Origin: Styela clava | Taxonomy: Eukaryota | Length of the DNA stretch: 64,000 bases | NCBI RefSeq assembly: GCF_964204865.1 | Contig: NC_135252.1 | Location: forward strand, 16,182,001-16,246,000 | Direction: 5' to 3' | Shown here: positions 1 to 13,344 of the stretch, piece after piece | Position numbering within the stretch: the first letter of the stretch is position 1 | Layout: each line of letters starts with the position of its first letter | Translations under genes and position numbers: made by a program | The notes under the pieces: generated by a model | Told to the model about the DNA's origin: nothing | The model's database searches: none | Seen by the model: only the letters and a program-made list of their open reading frames with translations

Positions 1-761
1 GATTTTCCAACTGTAATACTGCAAAGGTGCTTCTGACATTTCCTGACGCGAGAACCCACAACTTAGTTTGCTCTCTGTTCTGCCTGAAGCCTAATGAAAT
101 ACAAAACTTTGTATAGATGCTCGTTTGAAAGGTAGAAAACAGGCCATTCTGCTCACAGTAGTGCTAATAGTGGAACGGACGCACTGCCCCCTGGTAGTTC
201 ATTGCACATACAAATCTTTGCAACTACCCTAATGCAAATACCAAATTCTCTACTGCCGAGCCTGTGGTGCCGTCATGCCGACCACCATGTAGGCACATCC
301 ATGGCTTTGAGTTCATTAGGATAGAAACATGCGTTCCTAATAGGTTGTAGATAGTTGGTGGATTGAAAAAGTTTGCTACGGCGTACGTCCAATGGTCAAA
401 TAATTCGAGCATATATTTAATTGCAGCTGTCAACCAGCTAATAACAACAAAAACTTAACAAGAATCCTGTCTTTCATTCTAAATATACATCAATATATTA
501 TACCTGTAATGAATGAGAAATCGAGTGCCCTGATAAGGGGCTTTATTCAACTTAAATCTAAAGCACATTCGGAATCTAAAGTGAAATCCATATGTAAGTA
601 AATGTTACTAAATAAGAAAAACAAATACATAGCGAATTGCTGACGCTATTAGTAAGCGGGTCAATAGTAAAATGAGTATGTTGAATGAAGTAACTACGGC
701 ACAGCAATTATTGTCATTTGGTAAACGCGCTATAGCAATCATCGTTGGGCTGCCAATGTAT

Positions 762-1090
762 AAACGAGAATATCGGTTGGAAACCGAAGACTTATCGATC
801 GATAATTAGGGGATCCCCCCAAACAGAAACTGCAGTCTCGATTCATCCGCTCTTGTAACTTGCGCACTGCGCATCGCACACACACATTCGGCGGGTCTCA
901 AAATTCTCTCGCTTTACAAAAATCTAGATCACTATATCAATAATTGATTGATAACTCGCTAATTATACGACATAATTCGCGCTTCCGGTCCGAGATAAGA
1001 TGAATGCACATGCAAAATCTGGAGCAGATTCAATCTCGCTTTTGTGAGATATGGCGTGCATCTAACAGACATACAGACATACAGTTACAT
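762..1090 (-). mobile_element. Non-autonomous Helentron/DINE-like (HINE) element, partial
   Basis: Reverse-complement match to the element at 28607-28891 (aaacgagaatatcgg...accgaagacttatcgatc; internal cagacata repeats). Confidence 0.6.
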
Positions 1091-2764
1091 TGATTTGCAT
1101 TCACAAGTTATTATAATACCTGAATCACATGCTTCATGTACAGAAACCAAATTTCTATAACGGATTGTGTATGTATGAAAGAACATTTTTATTTTAATCA
1201 ATAGTATTGAATTTTTGAGTTCAATAAAAAAATTAATGAAAAAATGATTAACAGTTTTTTCCGTCGCTCAAGTTATTCATCATATGCAAACTACGTTTGA
1301 GGTACATTTCACACGGTCCAGTCCTACACACTTTTTATCTCTTCTTTGTGCAAGAAATAAAGAATGCTGAGAACTTCTGCCATAAAAATATGATTGTTAA
1401 AATAGTTACATAAATTGTGTCTGAATTTCATCTTTTATATTTGTTTGAATTTTCAAAGTTCAACGTTATTCCATGTTTCTATTTTGATCTGATTATTTCT
1501 ATTTGTACGGTAATCGAACACCCTGAATATCGATTCTATTCTCACTTTAGAATTTGCTGACGTGTATAATGTTGTTGCGTTGCTTTAGGAAGTGAAATAT
1601 TGTTTATGTGATAAAAAAAATAAATTTACTACTTTACAGTTGCAAGAATATTTTAACTACCCAATAATTCTGATCAATCAATGTTCCTAAAATTTTAGGC
1701 GAACTTCATTAGCATTCAACTATCTAACATGTTTATCATTCGCATTTTCGCAGCACTAATTTCGCATTGTTATGTCAATATTTCTAATTTGACGTCCTAT
1801 TCAACCTCCGTATAAATTTTTCTTCCTATATTCATATGTTTACAGATCAGTAATCGGAATTTCTACAATATTCTGAGTATGAAAAATTTGGTGGAGCTGT
1901 TAGGACCGTGAAGTCTGAGCGACTTAAACAAACTTTATCATGGTGTATATTTAACCATTCAACATTCGTTACACGACGGTCTTGACTTGCTTTTCATGCA
2001 CAGATGGTTAACAACAGCTTTTGCTTTTAGCTAAATACTGAAAGTGTAATAGTTCGAATTCTAATAATTTTAATTTTTAGTGGTTTTTCTCAAGCGTCAA
2101 TGACTTTTTCCACGGTTGCATGCAGTGTCATTAAATAACAAAACATAACAAATTGCGTAGTCAACACGATTCTGTTTTATCGCAATATTTTTCAAAATAT
2201 ATTCACCCATTTAGGATTTATGTCAAAGCAAAGAATAAAGAGGAGCAAAAGGTTGCAAAGAGGCCTTGACTGCCTGAAATCAAACTATATGATCGAAACA
2301 CTTGTTTTAAAGTTTAAACTATTTAGAAATAGACGTATTTCCTCATATGCAATAAGGAAATAGGCACCGCATATCAGAATGTCTTTTATTTCTTTAAAAA
2401 ATCTGAATTCGTGTGGCCATTTTTTCAATTTTACAAGGAATAAGTACGTATTGGGAAGTTACCTTTCGTTTATTCAAGATTAACCACTGTGCTGAACTTT
2501 AAGCTAAGCCATGGTATTACACCATGATGTATTGAACTATGAAATTTTCTATATTGTGCCTTACAGGGTTTAAAGCAGGTTACAAATTTCCAAGTTTCGT
2601 GATTTAAAGCTGGTACTCGTCCTTCCGTTCATTACCAAACATCTTGTCATACATCCTATAAACGTTGCAACGGTCTAGCGGCGAAGCCTATAAAAGATCG
2701 ACCACTTCACATTTGCTATTATACTGAGGACGAGAGTCGAAAATAAATTTTTAAGCGACTAGTT

Positions 2765-3218
2765 CAGGTTGGTCCAAGGCGGTCGGCTTCGCGGGCCACA
2801 AAATTATTTTTGCATTGTTCGCGGGCCACAATAGTGCCAAGAATAGGTAAACAGTGCAATACAAAACAAACACTTTTATTTTGCAAACAAATAGTTATCA
2901 GACATAGCCATCCCAGGCTAATAGAATCCGCATTTTTAGTTTTCTATGATGTCTATATTGTTAGCATACCGATATTCCCGACCAAAAAGATAGAAATGAT
3001 AATGATTTAGACTGCCATGAACATCATTCAACTTCGCTAGTTGCCTCAGCTATCCATAACACTAGTCAATTCAGTGATACTATTGATGTAACAATATGTC
3101 AAAAGATTTTTCTGATCAATTTTATTACGAAACAACACGCAATGCGATTTTTTGATTACTCTCCGAATGTGACGCGGGCCACAGATAATGAAGCGGCGGG
3201 TGGGTTTGGACCACCCTG
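2765..3218. mobile_element. hAT (Buster-type) MITE
   Basis: TIRs caggttggtccaa / ttggaccaccctg (12/13 match); perfect 8-bp TSD gacTAgtt at 2757-2764 and 3219-3226 with central TA. Confidence 0.85.
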
Positions 3219-3548
3219 GACTAGTTAGTACTATATTTGTAACGAGGTTGGCTGACATCGAATTGATATTGATGATATTGATTGATATTGATGGCCAATA
3301 TTGGCCGATTTCTCTACTTGATATGGCCGATATTTGGAGTCTGAGACTGTGTTACGAATGAGTTATCCTATAAAAAATATAATATTGATCGAGTCATTTT
3401 ATTTTTATATTTCCTTTTTGTCAATAAAATTTAAAACACGATGTTTGCATTCAAATTGCCGTCTAAGTATTGTCGATGTAGTACTAAATAATGATTGAAT
3501 GATTTGGATTCAAGAAATAATATTACAACATTGTACATACAATTTTAG

Positions 3549-4415
3549 ATGAATTCCAAGACGTTTATTCATCTGTTTCTAATCGCCGTACTGGCATCTG
3601 ACCTGGGACATGCTTGGCTGAAGTGGGACCGAAGACCTTCGGAAAAAATGACAAGCGTTGAAAATGAGGTAATTCTCAAAGGCTAAATCTTTTCATTTTA
3701 GGCCAAACGTATTTTACTAAATTAGCAGCTGTGAAATTTGCTTATGAATGGACAATTCCCTATTTCAATTTAAACTACTCTCCTGTCAACAGAGCAGACA
3801 CTGTCGCAACATTATAACCTCGTGTGAATTTTAGCTCATCACTTCCTATGAATAATCATATATATATTATTTAATACTATTGTATCTAGGATAGCCACTC
3901 ATTCCAACAATATTTGCACAACGCACCAAGAGACATATCTGCATTACATGGTATCGCCAGTATGAACTTAGGTAGGATATTGTATAAACGTCTTATTGAA
4001 AAAAACTGAATTTTAAGTTGAATAAAGCGTACAAATATTTTTTCGGAAATTGACACTTGGGAGGTAAAAGTTGATTTAAAAAAGTTAAGAGTGAAAAAGT
4101 TTTGCCAATTTTAATTCTACTCCATAAGGTTTTACATTTCGAACACGTTGATTTACCGCGTGCACTGATTTTGCATGAAACAGCCCATGCCAATAACCAC
4201 ATTTTGAAACATTCCTCGCTGCATTTTAAACCACTAATAGTAGTCAATTTCGTTAAAGTATATTAAATAGAATACATTGCCATTTTTCTAATATTAATAA
4301 TTTTAAAACAGACCAAATTGAAAAACTTGCCCAGACCATGATGGAGGACAGCAGAAGAAATGACGAAGATCAAGTCGCAGAGGAATTGGCAAACAGAGCA
4401 GCCATGATGCGTTAA
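3549..4415 (+). CDS. Divergent secreted prepropeptide, copy A (101 aa; coding exons 3549-3668, 3890-3971, 4312-4415)
   Basis: Spliced at GT-AG: MNSKTFIHLFLIAVLASDLGHA-WLKW-DRRPSEKMTSVENE|DSHSFQQYLHNAPRDISALHGIASMNL|DQIEKLAQTMMEDSRRNDEDQVAEELANRAAMMR*. Same intron phases (0,1) and motifs (MNSK, WDR, SFQ, MNLD, EEL, AMMR) as the last two introns of copies B-J; ATG directly follows an AG acceptor. Confidence 0.85.
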
Positions 4416-6012
4416 AATGATTACATGATATTTTATTTACTCAGAAATTCAAATTTTATCGGACGGATAGTGCATTTTGACGATATATTATTTCGGTTTC
4501 ACAAAAACAAAATCTAACATGTATATGTTTTTAAAAGAGTGGATTTTAGTTTTGCGGTATATGAGCAAAAGTTTGATCTTGAGACATTTCAACAAATAAA
4601 CGAATATTCCTGAAATTAAATGTTATTATTGTTCATCTGTAAAGTGAAGTGAGAAGTGGGTATACGTATCATAAATAAAATGTAAAGAGAATTACTGTTA
4701 AAACCAGATGTAATGTGTATCATTATTTCACTATATCTGCCAAATCTGAGATAAGTAGTACTTTAATTTTAACGAAAAAATTAAAACATCGGAGACATCA
4801 TTTCATTTTATAGGAGTATCTAAAATACTAAAAATTATCAAAACTAGATTCAAAATAGAATATCAAGCAATATTCAGCTTGGCGACATAAATTTTTGCAA
4901 TAAAGTACCTAAATAAAATAACTGATTTGCGCCCAATTCTATAACATGTATTTTATATTAAAATAATAAATTATATTTGTATTAACAACCAACTTATATA
5001 GAAAGGTTTAGTAAACTCGTAATTTTTGATATAAATTCTCATTTTGTTATTTCAAATTATAGCAAATTCCGTCTTTAAAGCTATGTTCACAATACACTAT
5101 ATATGTTTTAAGAATATTCGGCTTAGATGCGGAACAAATGAAAACGCGTGTATTTCTGGTCCATTTCGAAGCAATTTGGTGTTATTTGTTTTTCTGATGA
5201 AGCTTCGGATTTACTGAATATAAACATTCGAAATGAGCATTTCAATGAATGAATAAGAATTATTATGTGATATATCCACAATCCGTTAGGCCATCAAGTT
5301 GACGAAATTCTGTTAAAGTTTTGTGTGGGTCTTTGCGTCTCGTGTGTATTCCAGCGGATGTTTGTTTATTTCATCACTGTGCTTTTTTGAATCTCAGTTC
5401 ATTGTTGATGAAGTTGATTAATGAGTCATAACTTTGAGCTGGCAGTCTGTTGAACCAATTGTTACTACCATTTACTATATTCAAATTTTAGAAAGATCTG
5501 GATACTGCTAGCAACGATGTAAAAAGTTCAATTATCTTTGAGATAAGCCAATTAATTATTTCACAACTTGAAACAAAATACAATTGTCAAAATATGCGTT
5601 CTGTCTTCGATACACTCTCATGTTTTGGCCTAGGGTCGATATTGACGGGATAATGATATAGCAAGTCTTCCAATTTCACGATATCAATCTTTTTAAAATA
5701 GAAAATGAAAGTCAAAACAATACCATTACGAATGTGATTCAAGACACATTTCCATCCAGGCGAGATGTTGCTGAAATTGTAAACGAAATACATTCAAAAC
5801 GTATGTTAGCCTACAAGCCCAATATTATTGTGCATTCAACTTCCGATTACAGGAATTTCCATAAAATTTCCTACCAAAGTTATTTTTGACATGGAATAAA
5901 TAATAATTTGCTGTTCATAAATGTCTGGGAAAATTTATGTTATGAAAAAACAAACAAAATGGTATTGCCTTAGTCAAGCGTGCTGTTGGGTAAAATGCCA
6001 CTAACGAAGAAG

Positions 6013-6020
6013 TATATAAA
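6013..6020 (+). promoter_or_regulatory. TATA box of copy B (equivalents at 9137, 15475, 22838, 27043, 36196)
   Basis: tatataaa in conserved context in each unit, about 60 nt upstream of a conserved splice donor (gtaagg in C, F, J) that defines a non-coding first exon. Confidence 0.6.
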
Positions 6021-6469
6021 CGCGAAGAATTTGATGCAAATTATATTGAGGCGAATCTACACACAGAAGATGTTAATGGCAGGAACTGGGTATTTCCCTG
6101 CCTATCATTTGTCAAACGATTCGTGTTGATAATTAGAATTTGGCTTTTGGTTTAAACTTTTTGAGCTCTTTTGCTTCCCGTGTTCGATGTGATATGCAGA
6201 CAGATCGCGACGCATTGAGAAACATCTTACGCACAGATTGCCCCATCAGTGATAAATATCTGTTTACATACGTGAAAATGTTTACTACTCATTGATCTAC
6301 CAAAGCTGACGCCGTGTTTTTTCATTTGAAATATTGTCCTCCAAGTTGATATCTCGCACTATATTTGCACTACAGAAAGAATTGAAGAACGTAGAAGAAT
6401 AAGTTATAAAAATAAAGTATATTCAGAAACTAGAAACTATAACTTAATATTACATTATGAATTTTATAG

Positions 6470-7765
6470 ATGAATTCCAAGTTTCTCGTTCTATTGCTCC
6501 TTGTTGCTTTGTTAGCAATTCAACATGGCGATTCCTGGGGTCTGAGACGACGCCGGGGAAAGAAAGGTAGAGGATGGCGTAAGGCAGGGTAAATTTCATA
6601 TTAATAGAATCCATTGGTTATATAATGTAACAATATTGGCAATTTATTGAAAAGTGCATTAGTTAAATTCGGTGAAATTAGCTTACACCTATTTGTTATA
6701 TTTTTGGTAAGAGTGTATTTTGATGATAGATTTTCGGAAAAAGATTTCTCTCGAAACATTTGCAATTTTTCAATCAGACTAAAGAATCATGATTATTTAC
6801 GAGAACAAGTTTTATCATATTTATTTCACTTTCTTGACAAAATACGCCATGTACGTATTCTCCTCAAATCTGTTGTTTACTAACCTAATAGCATTCTTTC
6901 GAAAGGAAATAGAAGACCAGAATTCCGTTGGTTAAACTGGAAAGATGGAGCGTAACCACATTGGTATCACTAGTTCAGCATTAACAGGCTAATTATTTCT
7001 TAATGATAACAGAATTTGGCATTTTTTTCCAGAAAAGTACTTGGCGGCATTGCTAAAGTCGGTCTCAAACTTCTTGGATGGGATCGTGATTCTTTTGAAA
7101 AACTGGCCTATCTGAAAAGCGAGGTTAGCCCTTTTTTATTTTATTTGTCTTTTATTAATTTATTTTATTATTCTATCATTTTTTTTTACTTCTTGCTGTT
7201 ATTTATCTGTATATAGGACAGCGACTCGTTTCAAGAATTTTTGGAGAATGCGAAGGATGAATTCGAAGACGAATTGTCGGATGACGACATGAACAAATTA
7301 GTTTCTGCATTGAATTCAGTCTCTGGAATGAGTCTGGGTGAAATGTTTTTTTTTAAAAAGGAGATAATGCTCTGATACATCCTGTAGTGGAAATTAGCAC
7401 TTGTCCATTTTCAATGTTTCGATATTTTTATCGCTTTCACTATTCTTATAACTCGAATTTAAAAAATTATATCGATATCAATGCATTTGGTGCACTTTAC
7501 ATACTAATTGCCATCACGAAAAAGATTTCCAATATTATATGACTTATTACTTACATATATTACTTCGTATCAAACAAAGTTGCAACCACTCGTATATAGG
7601 TTTATTCGCGATAATTTATTTATTTCTTCTTGTTATTGAACAGACGAAATTGAAGAATTTGCTCAGAATATGAAAAGCAACGATGTAGAAGTTAATGAGA
7701 GCTTAAAGAAAGCTACCCATCAACTCCGGGAGGAATTACTCCTGAGATCCGCAATGATGCGATAA
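6470..7765 (+). CDS. Styelin-like cationic antimicrobial prepropeptide, copy B (150 aa; exons 6470-6588, 7033-7123, 7217-7337, 7644-7765)
   Basis: MNSKFLVLLLLVALLAIQHGDS-WGLRRRRGKKGRGWRKAGKVLGGIAKVGLKLLGW-DRDSFEKLAYLKSE|DSDSFQEFLENAKDEFEDELSDDDMNKLVSALNSVSGMSL|DEIEEFAQNMKSNDVEVNESLKKATHQLREELLLRSAMMR*. Canonical splice sites, phases 2/0/1, signal-cationic-acidic layout. Confidence 0.9.
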
Positions 7766-9609
7766 ATGAGTTCATAATGCGAAAATTTGGCTATATTGTT
7801 CCTGAATTCCAGTCAATTTTCAGTTACTGTCACAGTACACTTCAATTGCTCTAAAAAAAAACATAAAACTTTCAAGAAGCAATTTTTATCCATCTCTGTT
7901 TGCTTCGGAAACGATTGTATTCTCTTTTGTTTTCAAAACCTCTTGACTATAACGATTTATGAAGATGATGAAATATATACCAATATATATGCCTTTATTC
8001 CAGTGGTTCTCAACCTGGGTTTTTTTTTTCAGGGGAACGCAGAACAAAATATTTTTAAGTGCGACTTTTTTCTATAAAATATATCCTAATCAGTGATAGA
8101 AAAAATAAATTAGTTCATAGGCGGAAAAATTACTAACGAGGAAAAATGAAAACCAATTTTTAGGGCTTTGAGTTGACCAATCCCGAACTAAGAACTCCCA
8201 CTTCAGAACACTCTCACCACCTTGACATCTTATCTGTTGACAGCACGCATTTTAATTTGACTATAAGTCTGCGATTTTTAACATTTTTCTATTTACTTCC
8301 CTCCCTTTCTATTAATACTATATTGTTTATTGAATCTCTAATGAACCACTTTTCATTGTAATGTAATACAAGATCGGAATATAAAATTACCACGAATGAC
8401 TCTTGTACAACTGTGAAAGGCACCATAATATTGGAACATAAATTTAATTTTTATACAAACCAAATAAGAAACTTGAGATCACTACGGATGTGAAAGAGCT
8501 TTTAGGTGAAGAATCACATAATTTTTGTAACATACAGTATATATTACGTGAGTTGCATAAATGACTGCCGCTTAATTTCATAATATACATTTCATTCTCG
8601 AAATACATCCCGATTTTATTATTTCAAATGACACACCTGCTCCATTTTTGTATTATTGCGTTCTGTCTTCGGTCAACTCTCATTTTTCGAGCCTAGCCTC
8701 AATATTCACAGTATAGTTATTATATTTTTCAATGTCACGATATCAATCTTTTCAAAATCGAAACTGAAAAACAAAACAACAACATTACGAATGTGTTTCT
8801 CGACACATCTCCATTCAGGCGAGATGTTGCTGAAAATAGTAAACGAACTACATTCAAAACGTATGTTAGCCTACAAGCCCAATATTGTTGTGCATTCAAC
8901 TTCCAAATACAGAAGTTTCCATAAAATTCGCCACTAAAGTTATTTTTGAGTTCACAAGCATATGGTTTTATATATTTAAATTAGCAAAGTTTTCTTAAAC
9001 TGTGAAGCATATGTCGACGTGGAATGAATGATTTGCTGTTTATAGATGTCTAGAAATTTTTTTTGTTACAAAAATATTCAAAATCGTGTTGCAGTAGTCA
9101 AGCGTGCTGTTGTGGAAAACGCCCGTTAGGAAAAAGTATATAAACGCGAAAAATTTGTTGCAAATCATATTGACGCGAATCTACACTCAGAATACGTTAA
9201 TGGTAAGGAGTGGATCTGAGAATTTATTTGTCTATCATTTGGTAAACGATTCGTCTCGATAATGAAAATTTGGCATTTGGTGATCAAAATTTTTCAACCT
9301 TTTATGCTCCCCGTGCTCGATTTGATGCGCAGATCGCGTCGCATTGTGAAATGTCTCACCCCCAGATTGCCCCACCAATGAAAACAATGTATGATTACAT
9401 GCATGAAAGTTTTTTACCCATTGTTTTACCGAAACTGACGGCGTGTTTTTAATTTCGTAATGGTGGAATGTTTTCCTTCAAGTTTATATCTCCCCACTAT
9501 ATTTGCACTACAGAAAGAATTGAAAAATCTAGGAGAACGTACTTTTGAACAATAAAATATATTCAGAAACTAGAAACTATAACTTAATATTACATTATGA
9601 ATTTCATAG

Positions 9610-10929
9610 ATGAATTTCAAGTTTCTTGTTCTATTGCTTCTTGTTGCTTTGTTAGCAATTCAACATGGTGATTCCTGGGGTCGGAGAAAGAAACGTGGAG
9701 GAAGGAAACGAAGAGGATGGCGTAAAGCTGTGTAAATTTTATATTAATTGAATCCATTTATATAATGTAACAATATTGACAATTTATTAAAAAGTGCAAT
9801 AGTTAAATTCAGTGACATTATTAGTTTACACTGAAATGTTATTTTTATGGGCTTGGTTTCTCTCGACGCATTTACACTGTTTCTAATCGGACTAAAAAAT
9901 TATGATTATTTTGGAACAAGTTTCATTATAATTATTTCACTTCCTTAGCAACATGCACCATGTACGTCTGCCCTACAAATATGCTGTTAAATAGCTGAAT
10001 AGCTTTTTTTCCGAAAGTTGCCTGATTGGCAATAGAAGACCAGAATTCCGTTAGTTAAACTGGAAAGCTAGAGCGTACCCATATTGGTATCACTGCTTCA
10101 GAATTAACAAGAAACAAGATAATTATCTCTGAAAAATTGTATAATTTTGACTTATAACAAAACAAAATGGTTTTATTCAGAAAAGTCGGTCTTCGATTAC
10201 TTCGATGGGATCGTGATTCTTTGGAGAAACTGGCCTATCTGAAAAGCGAGGTTATCTATTTTCAAACTTATTTCTCTTTAATTATTTCTTTTATCATTTT
10301 GTTTGTCTTCTTACTGGTATTTATTCATTTATAGGACAACGACTCGTTTCAAGAATTTTTGGATGAATTCAAAGACGAATTGTCTGATGGAGACATGAAC
10401 AAATTGGCTTCTGCATTAAATGCAGTCTCTGGATCGAATCTGGGTAAAATGCTTTCTATTAACAAGAAAAGGATGCTTTAAAACATCTCGTAGTTTAAAC
10501 TAGCATTTGTTTAATTTAAATTATTCCATTGATCATTTAATTTCCCATTTCTGTTTTTATTGCTAAATTTAAAAACGCTCATCATTGAACGCCATTGACA
10601 CTTTTTTGTGCTATCATCAAACCAATTTCGATATCATATGACTAATTTCCTAAAATATTACTTTCTATTTTACAAAGTTTCAATCAATCCTATATGTGAT
10701 TATTCGTATTGACTTTTCATGAAGAACGATTTCGTATTGAAAGGAACCCCTTGTCCATATACTTAGTTCGGTGCAATGAACATTCATTACTCCTTGTCTT
10801 TTAACAGACGAAAGTGAAGAATATGCTCAGAATAGGAAAAGCAACGATGTAGAAGTTGACAAAAGCCCGAAGGAAGCTACTGATCAACTCCGTGAGAAGT
10901 TACTCCTGAGAACCGCAATGATGCGATAA
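9610..10929 (+). CDS. Cationic prepropeptide, copy C (140 aa; exons 9610-9731, 10181-10250, 10335-10443, 10808-10929)
   Basis: Core WGRRKKRGGRKRRGWRKAVKVGLRLLRW; in-frame 21-nt deletion in exon 2 and 12-nt deletion in exon 3; open to AMMR*. Confidence 0.9.
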
Positions 10930-11545
10930 GTTCCGAATGCCGCTCTACTAATTCATATGACAAGATAAAAAGCTCTCATTCAAAATACGTCATGAATATC
11001 TACAACCGCAAAAAACAGCGAGGCGACAATTCTACATATGTGTGTGCCATGTTACTTGGATCAATAATTTGGCCATATTGTTTCTGAAATCTAGCAAAAG
11101 TTATGATTATAGTATTTTTTATCGAGTTATTCAGATTAGTTGGAGCGTACTGCATTGCGGATTGATTCCGACAAGAAATAAAATAACTGAGCGGAATTTG
11201 TTATTATTTTATTATTTAAAGGGCGTGGCATAAAAGACATGCTTGCATGCGCTCTGCCTACGTTTGCCACTTTGCTGGAGATACATAGTCGAACCTTTAT
11301 CGGGAGGGTTCAAGGTAGTTTATATTTACGGTGCAAGCAGTATGCGTACTTGCCTGCGCCCCCAAGGTTTCAACTCACTCGCGTGTTTCCATTTGAAACC
11401 TCCGGAAGCTGACTGACTGAATCATTCTTATGGATCATATTGATCAATACATATTTATTCACACATTATCTCTTTATTAAATATTGATCATTTCAATCAA
11501 ATGTTCAATAGACAATGAAAAATATTGACAATTTTCAACTGTAAT

Positions 11546-11649
11546 AGTAACGCCTATTCCATGGGTATTTGTACTCCTGTAGCACAGTAGACTCCATAGT
11601 CCATATCCCCAACATCTTCACCAGTGTCTATCTCAGACAGCACACATAC
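11546..11649 (-). pseudogene. Relic of GIY-YIG gene exon 2, downstream of copy C
   Basis: Acceptor then VCVLSEIDTGEDVGDM.../VLQEYKYPWNRR with a frameshift; homologous to 38733-38831. Confidence 0.75.
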
Positions 11650-13344
11650 CTAAAACGCAAAATTACCTATTACATGCATCACTGCTCTTCTCGATGAAAA
11701 GCATAATTTAGTTTCACTTTATTTCTAACAAGCGTGATATAAAAATTGAGAAGCTTATTAGTCAATTGATATTTTCAATAGGTCATCCGCGAAAAGGTTT
11801 TGAATAAGCGTGTATTATGACTTCTGCCTGAAACATTAGAGCCAACTATTCATATGGCATATGATAACTTATCATGTAGAATTGCAAGTATGTGGTCTCT
11901 CTCTGGCATACAAGTGGGAAAATACCTGCAATTACTAAATTTAATACGAACCATTGGGGCGGGACGGCTGCTGCCAGACTTCGCTTTTCCTGTAATTTGA
12001 GCATTTGTTTTGTTGAGTGCCAATGTTGCACCGGGAGTGTACTGGATCAGGTATGCCGTAATATCTTCTTCGCAAGTTTTAGGCCGCGAGCCGAGGCCAT
12101 TTATCTTTCAGTTTCGTAGCGCACATAAGGTAACTACCTGAAAATGATTTTAAAATGTTCCTTAGAAATTTAGTAACAAATATTGCCTTGTTCCCACTTC
12201 CAAAAGTTGCACGTTTTACAGAAAAGACGCTTTTACCACAATAAATATGTGTTACCATCTGTCCTATTTCCTCTGCTTTCCCGGTATTATGGGCCATTGA
12301 ACGCAGACTTCTGCATGACGTAACAATTAAATTAGTCAGCTGTAGGTGCATCCCCAGTGGTCGGATGAATATCAGATGTACTACTACTGCTCGCTTTTGC
12401 GTTGAGTAGCCTTTCCATAGTTTTTTCAGTTATTATTAGTTCAGTTATTCTAAGGAGGTGTTGAAAAGTATAAGTAAGGTATTAAACACTTGTATATCCT
12501 TACCATAAATAGCAATTTTAGTTGAGCACTAGCTTTTAAAAGACGTTGTTAAATAGGTACGGTGCGGTAACTCCAAGGAAAGCTAGACCTAGAATAATAT
12601 GTCACAAACAACGATATTTTCTGGCTTGCATGAAATGTTTATGATTAATTTAATGACTCTTCTTGACTATTCAGCAGACTTATACTACTATATAGGCCAC
12701 AGCATATTTGGAAATAGAAATTAATGGCTGTTTCTGTATGCACGGTTGTGTGAAAGAGAAGAAAATAATCAATTTTGCTAATGTCGGTTGGTCTAAATCT
12801 AAATTCATAGAGGCGACAAGAACATGGGAAGCAATGATAAGTTATGCCGGAGTGGAAAGAAAGTAGCATTGGAAACGATTGAGAGGTGAGAAATAAAGTT
12901 GTAGACAGACAGTTGATGTTTTAAAATATAGTCTAGGGCTCTAGGCCTATAGTCCATACTCATACTGTCATAGGGCATTTCAGACTGTGACATGTCAAAA
13001 TTTAGTGTAGATATAGTCTAGTAATGGTATGCAAACACTGCTGGACTGTAGTACATTCAATGAGCATATATACGCTCATTGAGCAGGCTACATCATATAA
13101 AATGCATTATGTATTCAAGGTATTAGTTAGTATTTAGTGGTATTTTTACACTCGTACTGTTCCAAAAATGATTTTCTTCCTCATTTTAGATACTGTACTA
13201 CAAAAGAAAACGGCAATGTTCAACCAATCCGACCTAACGCAGGCTCTAATCCCTGCTGCTATCAGTGCTATAAAATGGATTAAACAAGAAGTCTTGAAGC
13301 GTAAAGGTATATGAGAATCATAATAGTTGCAAATTGCAAAATAT

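Noticed and set aside
224-433. 69-aa minus-strand ORF with a plausible upstream acceptor
   Set aside because: No recognisable motif and the downstream frame has stops; cannot be supported as a gene.
8656-8937. Recurrent ORFs containing RMLAYKPNIVVHST (also 15095, 22432)
   Set aside because: They come from the duplicated promoter region; starts, ends and frames differ between copies.
11890-12420. More GC-rich minus-strand coding-like stretch (IFVTKFL...TCEEDITAYL)
   Set aside because: Vaguely like a LINE ORF1 fragment, but frameshifted and too short to assign.
13190-13307. Exon-like open stretch TVLQKKTAMFNQSDLTQALIPAAISAIKWIKQEVLKRK between ag and gt
   Set aside because: No partner exons or homology identified.
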